Both the position numbers and the translations under genes were made by a program. Below the pieces are notes generated by a model that saw nothing but the letters and a program-made list of their open reading frames with translations, was not told the origin of the DNA and searched no databases. A stretch of 57,571 bases of DNA, counting the filler, from Nemertoderma westbladi (Eukaryota; Animalia; Xenacoelomorpha): NCBI GenBank assembly GCA_032718475.1. It is 2 parts of 2 records of this genome, joined end to end, with 100 filler letters (N's around TTAATTAATTAA, not from the genome) between each part and the next. Parts side by side here need not be neighbours in the genome. Positions count along the whole stretch, not along the records: positions 30,850 to 57,571 come from JAUCBJ010000421.1; 1 more part is not named here. One strand, 5' to 3'. This document shows positions 49,834 to 57,571 of this stretch, one piece after another (positions within the stretch are counted from its first letter, which is position 1; each line of letters opens with the position of its first letter).

Positions 49834-51269
49834 CCCCCCCCCCCCCCCCCCCCCCGCCCGTACGGTCACACCAGTCTCTGGTCTGTCGTGCGGTTCCTGT
49901 AAGTGGGGTATTAATAAATGTTTCCACAACCCTTGGCTCCTCGTAAATACTCGAGCCAGCGTCACTCTCTGACAACCCCATCTGCGCCAGTTCCAGCCTG
50001 CGCTTCTGTTTGGTTTGATGAATAAGTGCACATGCACATGCTTTCCCGCTCTCTCTCTGTATCCTCTCGCAAATTCTGTTTCACTAATTCTGTTTCTCTC
50101 GCCACATGCTCCTTACGTTCACTCTGCTCTCTCGCCTCACGCTCCTTACGTTCACTCTGCTCTCTCGCCTCACGCTCCTTACGTTCACTCTGCTCTCTCG
50201 CCTCACGCTCCTTACGTTCATCCTGCTCTCTCGCTTCACGCTCCTTACGTTCATCCTGCTCTCTCGCCTCACGCTCCTTACGTTCATTCTGCTCTCTCGC
50301 CTCACGATCCTCTTGTTCCTTCCTCTCTATTTCCTCGCACTCCCTAAAGCTTTTCACAACCTTCTCCCTATTTTCTCTAACTAGTTCTTTCTCCTTCTCT
50401 AATAGCGCACTCTCTTCCTCTAACTGTCTCTCAAATTCTCTCTGACCTAGCGCCGCCAGATCGAGTTGGCACGCCAGATTTATCGCCATCACCCGTTTTT
50501 CTTTTGCGGAGGATGTAGCAGACTTATCGGTTGTGACGGATTCCCTCCGCCTTCCCGTCCTGCTGACTCTCCCCCGCCTCCCGGAACTCCCTCCGACCGA
50601 CGAGACCGAATCCTCGGGGTTAACCTCGGATTCGCCCTCCTGCGGTCTCCTCCAACCCACTAATTTTACTCCCCGGGCATCGACTAAGTATAGCCCTATG
50701 TACACTACACTAGGCTGCATACCCCTACACTCCCATAGTTCAAACAGTTCGCTGGCAACCCCTCTCGCTCTCTCCTCGGCTAGTTCTCTCTGCCCAAAAC
50801 GCATCAGGTAGTTAAAATGTTCATTCGACTCACCTAGTTGTCTTTTCAACTTGACCTGGTCTATCTTGGCCCCTCCTTTAGTCTCTTTGAGTAGCTTCCG
50901 GGTCGCGTTGTAGGCCCGTCGAAGTCGATCGCTGACCCTGACGTCCTCGTTGCCGACATCTCCTCTATCTCTCCGGGTCCGGCGTCGTACTGGCGGCCCC
51001 ACCGTCGCTGTTCCGGTGGGCCGTCCGTCGCCCTCGGCCTGTGGCTGGCCGGCGACTTCGGCACGTCGACCGCCGTCGTGTGTCAACTTGTCTCTCTTTC
51101 CTCCCGACTCGTCCTCTAGTTGTAGACGGCTCCCCTCGTATTGGATCACCGGGTCACCCATTGGCGATGGGTCCGGCGTCGTGGGTCTATACCGTCGCGC
51201 CGCGGCCTCGCGGATCGTTAGATCGCCGTCCGGGGTCCGCGGCGGTGTCGTCTCTCCTGTTCGGCTCAT
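49834..51269 (-). pseudogene. gag: BEL/Pao gag N-terminus, copy 2, including the start codon
   Basis: 435-aa ORF from ATG 51269, homologous to 29430-30749, with 33-bp EAREQxERKER repeats. Confidence 0.85.
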
Positions 51270-51324
51270 CTTTGTACTTAGTGACTTAGTGACTAGTTTG
51301 TTAGGCAGCAGTTGTTCTAATTAC

Positions 51325-51920
51325 TGTGACGGGATCCACGGAGGATCCCGGTTTATCCGGTTTTGGTTTCTAATCTACGCGTCCCCGCCGTGTGTGAAAG
51401 GTAGAAAGAGTTCTGAGTTATTGATTGATCGGTGTATATAGGTTCGGGATATAATATAATAAAATGATAATAGCACGAATAGTTGATGTTTGATGCAGTG
51501 TACCGGTAAATGATATATCTAATATGCTGACAGGCATGACGGTGACGGTGACGGTAATTAGAGTTCCGCTACCGTCCTAACTAGCTGACTTACTACAAGT
51601 GAAGGAATGATACACGTGACACGGTAATATATTGCACCGGTTGGCCGCATTACACTACTCAGCCGATGCCTTCCCCCCATTGGCTAATAGCTCACTTGTC
51701 ACCTTCCCATCTCCCTGGGTGTGCTTCCCCCCCGCTGCTGTCTCTCTCTCCCTCCCGGAGGTGTAACCTCTGACCCCCGCTGTGTGTGTGTCCTCTTGGG
51801 GCCTGTCGTCCCCGCTTATTGGGGTGACACGAGGTTGATTGGTAACCAACCTTGTGCTCCCAATATTGCTTAAAGCTAACTCTTGTGGGGTGGCTAGCGG
51901 AATTGAATACGCTAACACTC
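51325..51920 (-). repeat. Partial LTR upstream of copy 2 gag; distal (U3) part missing
   Basis: Starts TGTGACGGGATC like 18188 and is homologous to 18188-18795. Fused to integrase sequence at a CTCC microhomology. Confidence 0.85.
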
Positions 51921-54900
51921 CTCTCCCACTTCACCTGTCATCTTCTCATGGCTGCCCTGACTTCCTCCCCTTCCATGATGTCCAAGGCATCTGCCAGCTC
52001 GTTCTCTGCCCCCACAAAGTTGGTTCCGTTGTCGGAGTATATTACTGCGATCGTCCCACCTTTGCGGTCTCTGAACCTTTCTAGGGCATTGATGAATGCC
52101 GATGCGGTTGCATCTTGGGCGAGTTCTATCCCTACCGCCCGCGTGTTGTTACATACGAAGATAATGCCGTAGCGCTTCTCCGTGTGTCGCATCACCTTAA
52201 TCTTTATCGGCCCGAACATATCCACACCGCAGTGCGTGAATGGCGGGTCATGCTGTCTCACCCTACTGGCCGGTAGTGGCGCCATCTCCTGTATGGCTCG
52301 CTCCTTCTTCGTTCGTCGGCAGCTCTGGCACTGCCCCACTACCGCCTTTACCTTCTTTCTTAACTGTTTGACCCAAAAGGTCCTTCGTATCTCCGTGAGG
52401 GTTCGGTTGGTGCCCCTGTGCAATATCGACTTGTGGGAGTCCCAGACGATCTGGTGGACTATCGGCGATCCATTAGGGATGATGATGGGCTTTGGTGGAA
52501 TGATGATACTGTTGTTGTTCAACACCCTAGAGTTCATTACTAAGATTCCATCATCATTGAGTTGTGGCGACAGCGCGATCAGCTCACTGTCCCGTCGGAG
52601 ATGCTGTTGTTTACCGACGCGTTCCACCTCGTCGCCGTAATTCTTTCTCTGTTCGTAGCGGATGACGGACTTGGCCGCTCCCTCCAGATCGATGGTTGTT
52701 TTATTTTTTATGTCTTTGCCGACTCCCTTGAGGAAATCCCCGAAGCCTCTCAAGTACGCCACTAAATTCTTGGTCTTGTACCAACTTGAGCTGTAGCTAA
52801 GGAGTTTTTCCATCGGGTTATCGCACAGTTCTTCCAGTTTTGGTTGCACGTTCCTTATCTCCCTCACCATCTGGCTATATATCTCTTCACCCTCTGAATC
52901 TCCTCCCTCTTCCTCTCTGCCGCTCCATATGCCTCCAATGACGCATCGGAGAACATGTGTAGATCCAGATTCGTCATGTCCCCATTCGGGAAATACACCC
53001 TTGGCATGCTGTATGTCCCCATCTGTTCTAAACTCTCTGTCCACTTACTCCATTGCTTGCTGATCTCTTCCGGGACCTCTGTATCCCATTCCTCCTTTAG
53101 TTTGTATACTTTCTTAAGTATCTGTTTCCCTGTGACTAGTAATGGGGATGCTAGGCCTAGGGGGTCGTATATCCTTGCTATGTACGACACATAGCCCCTC
53201 TTTGTCTGGATGTCTGCGCCCTCTTGGCTCAATTGGTACTTCAGTTCGTCTGTCTCTCAGTTCCACACGATCCCTAGTGCCTTCTGTTGGGACTCTATCC
53301 TCTTGTTCGCCATGTCCTGTCCCTTGGCTGTCGTGGGATTATCCATGGTCGATTCTGGCCTCCTGTCTTCTATGGCTTTGATAAATTCTTCCGAACTGGA
53401 TTGGAACTTGGTCAGGTTAAAGCCGGATCCTTTAAGGATGTCGCGAACCTCGCGCCCTTTATCCAGTAGTTCCTTAACCGTGTTTCCTGACTCCATGCCG
53501 TCGTCTACATAGAAGCCGCGTCGAATCATATCGACGGCTTTGGCGCTGTATCTCTCTTCTTTCCCTTCTACTGTGTCTCTTACGGCCACAGTCATCGTAA
53601 ATGAAGACGACTTGGCTCCCATATTCTGCACCACCATCTTGTACATCGGTATTGTCGACGGTTCCTCGTCGCCGTTGTACCATAGGAAGCGCTGACTGTC
53701 GCTATCCTCTTCCGTTACACGGACTTGGTTGAACATGCCTTCGATGTCGCAGGTGAAGGCGTGCTTCCCGTTCCTGAATCTAAGTAGGACCTCGATCCCT
53801 GAGTTATAGATATTGGGACCCTCCAGCAGATAATCGTTTAGGCATTTGCCGTCGGTCTTGGCCGATGCGTCAACTACCATCCGCAGTTTACCTTTCTTCG
53901 GATCTAGAGCCACGTGGAGTGGCAGGTAATAGGTCCTGTCCGTGTTCGGTTCATCGACCGGTAACTCCACGGCCCATCCTTTCTCGACATACTTCCTAAT
54001 CGTCTTATGATAGTACTCATTCTTTTCGGGGCTCCGTTTTAGCGTTTGCTTCAACTTACGAAGCCTCGTGAGTACCATTCCTTTGTTGTTGGGTAGCGGT
54101 AATTTTGGCTGTTTCCATACCATCCCTATGGTATACCGCCCCTCGTCGCATGTCATCGATTCCTTTACGCTTTGTAAAGCCTGTTTATCTTCCACCGAGG
54201 TTCTGACCCCGGTCTCTTTCAATCCCTCAAAATCCTGCCTGAGCAGTCTCCTGAGCTGCTCCTCCGCTCCCTCATCTCCCATCTCTCGCATAGTTCCCGC
54301 GAACATGCACCCTGATGTCTCCGACATCCTACACGGTATTTTGCTTCTAATTGGGCCGCTCAGCGTCCACCCGAATAGTGTTAAAATCGCCACCGGGTCA
54401 CACTGCCTGTCTTCGCCGAAGACCGTTTGCATTCTCTCGTGGGCCGTCGGGCAGTCCATTCCTACTATAATGGATACCTTCCTAACGTCCACCTCTGGGA
54501 TTGAGAAGTCGATACTGTCCAGGAATTTATATTGTTCGACCTCGATGTTGGTTGGTCGCCTGGCGTTGATATTTATCGACTCTATCACCTGGATGGGGTC
54601 GATGGTCGCCCCATAGTCGCATCCCGGTGCTATCGCTGCTATCCCGCACCGTCCGGTCCTCATCTCCAGGACCTCATCTTTGCTGGAGATGGTTGTTACC
54701 GCCATTCTACTTGGCCTCGTTTTCAATCCTATCTCTTCGGCCACCCAATTCTCGACCAATGTGAAGGCTGCTCCACTGTCGACCAGCATCAGCGTGGTTA
54801 CTGATCGGTCGCCTTCTCCGATCACCCTCACCGGTACTACCCCGAGTAGTACTGTTCCTCTCTTCTTCGCCCCTACGGTGCTTGTCGCCATCGTCTGTCC

Positions 54901-56225
54901 TTTGCTTTGACCGAACTTGATTGGTGTTTCCTTGCATTGGTTAGCTCTGTGTCCACTCATCACACATCGAGAACAAATTTCATTTCTCCTCGCGTATTCT
55001 ACCTGATCTTCCCTGGGTAGCGCTTGCCAATACCTGGAGTTCATGGTCTGATGAAGTGCATTTGTATGTAATTGGCATTTGTTCTTTGGGTTGTAGCCAT
55101 CCTTATACAGTGCGCTGCATATCGCACTTGCGTTCGTACCAAAGTCCCTACTGTTCTTATTGTTTAGGTTCGGCCTACTGGGCGTGCTGGGGTTATGCTT
55201 ATTCGTGTTGTTATTTTTCCCCTGTCCGCTCCATGATGTGGTCTTACCCCCGGCTACATGTGGACTAGCAGTCCCCTGCGTCGCCGCGTACGGCAGTGAT
55301 TGTCTGAGCTTTGGCAATGTGTTTGCCGCGTTATGTTCTGGTTTCGACCTGTGGTATTCGGTCTTTGGTCCCTTTCCCAGGCTATCCTCGCTATAGACTG
55401 GGTCCGTTATTAGTTCGGCTTCATAGTTTAAGAAGCTCGACATTTCTTCTAAGCCCGGTTCCGCACCCTTCTTGTCTCGAGTGGAGAAAGCAATCTTCCT
55501 CCACTTGTTGCGCAGCCACATCGGCAGTGCCTGCGCTATCGTGGTGATGTTATTAGACGCGTTGAGTTCGTATGGTGAGTCCAGCGTCTTATCAGCACGA
55601 TTAGCGCCTTCTCAACTTTGTTCGCGAATGTCTTTATGCTAACGGGGTTATCCTGTAGGCCACCCAATGTTATACCTCTCAGGGTCTGCCGGATGATCTT
55701 GGCTGGGTGCCCGTACTCCCTGTCTAGTGCCCACCATGCTGTCGTGAAGCCGCCCTCGATGCCCTGGTATTGCCTCACGATGTCGTATGCTGGGCCTCCT
55801 GTATACACTTGCAGATATTTTAGGCACTCCGCTTGTGTCAAATTCTTCATTAGTATTTCATTACTATACATGCGCCGAAACTGCAGATACTCCTCCGGCC
55901 TACTTCCATCGAATTTAAATGGTTCTACAGGTGGTAACTCGATCCTGGTTTTTAATGCATCGATTAGTGTAGCCATTCCCATCGCTTGTGCTTCCAATGG
56001 GTTCGATGGATGCTGTATAGATTCTCCCGTTGGGTGCGGTCCGTTCGTCCTATCTGCTGCCTTTCTTTGACTTGGATATATCATTGGGGGTAGCGGCCCC
56101 CTCCATATTTCGGTGTCGCACGATCTGTTTTCGTCCAAGGGGTTCGATGTTCTTATTCCTATTGGGGTATATTGTTGATATTGTGATGGGGGAATGTCAC
56201 CCTGCCCCCCCCCCCCCCCCCCCCC
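51921..56225 (-). pseudogene. pol: BEL/Pao gag core-protease-RT-RNase H-integrase, copy 2
   Basis: ORFs 55536-56138, 53257-55521 (PR and RT continuous), 52864-53232 and 51938-53044 (SDNGTNFVG). Several hundred bp of RNase H are deleted at about 52920. Confidence 0.92.
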
Positions 56226-57571
56226 CAGTGCTGGATTAACCTTAAGGCATATAAGGTACGTGCCTTAGGGCCAGCCGAAAATCCGGGCCATTTTTTCTCA
56301 ACGAGTCATTCCTGTGAAAAAATTATTTTTATCTGAAAAGTCCGGAAACAGAGCAAGAAAGTGCATCTTTCGACTACTTTCTATCCCTAAATTTGTGATA
56401 GAAAGTGCAAAATTCTAGCTCAGTCGACCAACAGGTGCTGTGTTATTAGTTCGAGACCTGATGGCAGGGAAATAATAAAACATGGGCAGTAAACTTTTAA
56501 AGTGCTAATTATGAACGAATTTAATTTTATTTATTTGTGGGGAATTATTTGTTGTTATACTCTTAAACTTTCTAGAACAACCAAATAATGACATACTGGA
56601 AATACTGTACATAGTAAATGTATGGCGTGGAGATATGGTAGTGCGAAATTAATTTTGATTTACCGGAAACTAGTTTTATAAATATAGGCCCTAATAGATA
56701 AAAAAAAGGATAAATTAGCTCTAGATGAAATAGTTGTTGATAAAAAAAAAACCGTGTCAGAAAAAACTTCTTGACACTAATTTAATTTATCCGAAATTCA
56801 GATGTTCTGCCCTCGTGTATTGAATTTTGCATTTGATGGCATTTTAGGTGCAATTCCTGCAAAACATAAAACTTGGGGTAAATTAAAATTAGCGACAAAA
56901 AGTGCTTATTTCCGAGACTGTTCTCTATCGGAGAACATTTCTTTCTAAGCAAGTCCAAATCTAGATCAGAAATATTATATCTTTGCACTAAGCCCCACAC
57001 TTTTGGTATGTTATATTTCTCAGCAAGTCCTGTAATGATAAGTACCGTGCAAAACCTACCCTACAGAATATAAATAACACATTCCCACGATCCGATCAAA
57101 ATTGCTAAATGCCTACAGGGCCAGGCAGCCTTAAGGGGGCAACTATAACCCTCACAGAATTGAAATTTTCTAAAATTTACACAATTTTTTGTAGTTTGAT
57201 AGAAGGGCTTTCATAAGGTGATGTCGGTTTTCAACATTGAATTATTACATTTCAACAACATAATATTACATTTCTGATATTTATGATTCTCTGTATACAG
57301 TAAAACAACCTTTTTATCAGTTTGTCGATTTTGACTTTTTTTCATCACTAAATTCCCTACTACATATATACTATTTAATTTTTTACTTTTTTTTTAATTT
57401 AATTTTTTAATTGTCATCCAACATAAAAAAAATGTTTAGCAACTTTAGGACTACTATCGTTGGTTTTGTAAAACATTGCCATATTGGATATTCTAGAACA
57501 GATTTTCTAAATGCTACACTTTGTCTATCACAAAATATTTATTCTCAAAATATGGCCCGTAAATACTAAAA
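56226..57571 (+). mobile_element. hAT-like non-autonomous DNA transposon beginning CAGTGCTGGATTAACC; right end not resolved
   Basis: About the first 120 bp are the inverted copy of 44621-44738. Extent beyond about 56345 is assumed. Confidence 0.5.

Larger units (their letters stand above)
46057..56225 (-). mobile_element. BEL/Pao copy 2: diverged sister copy, rearranged and internally deleted
   Basis: Segments homologous to copy 1 in + order: accessory ORF, array, foreign Asn-rich block, gag N-terminus, partial LTR, then IN-RH-RT-PR-gag core. Confidence 0.92.

Overview
This is a repeat-dense, AT-rich eukaryotic (probably invertebrate animal) window. It has no operons, rRNA or CRISPR, and it contains a 100-bp scaffold gap with an artificial TTAATTAATTAA linker at 30750-30849. 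It holds satellites and minisatellites, a foldback-type DNA transposon with a perfect 9-bp target-site duplication (TSD), and several non-autonomous terminal-inverted-repeat (TIR) elements. It also holds decayed LINEs (RTE, CR1, CR1/L2-like, CRE-like), two probable further LTRs and one symmetric phase-1 Ig-like host exon. The dominant feature is two diverged minus-strand copies of a BEL/Pao LTR retrotransposon (18188-30749, and a rearranged copy at about 46057-56225). Between pol and the polypurine tract (PPT)/3' LTR, where env would sit, the element carries two things. One is an array of GGTAC-N3-GTACC hairpin repeats. The other is a reconstructed ~890-aa accessory ORF with an RNase D/EXD/WRN-type DEDDy 3'-5' exonuclease-like domain plus three CCHC zinc knuckles, apparently entered through a conserved splice acceptor. 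The LTR also has covarying hairpins, and no canonical tRNA primer-binding site (PBS) is visible. This cassette is the best candidate for an undescribed system. All family calls come from motif recognition by eye, not database searches.
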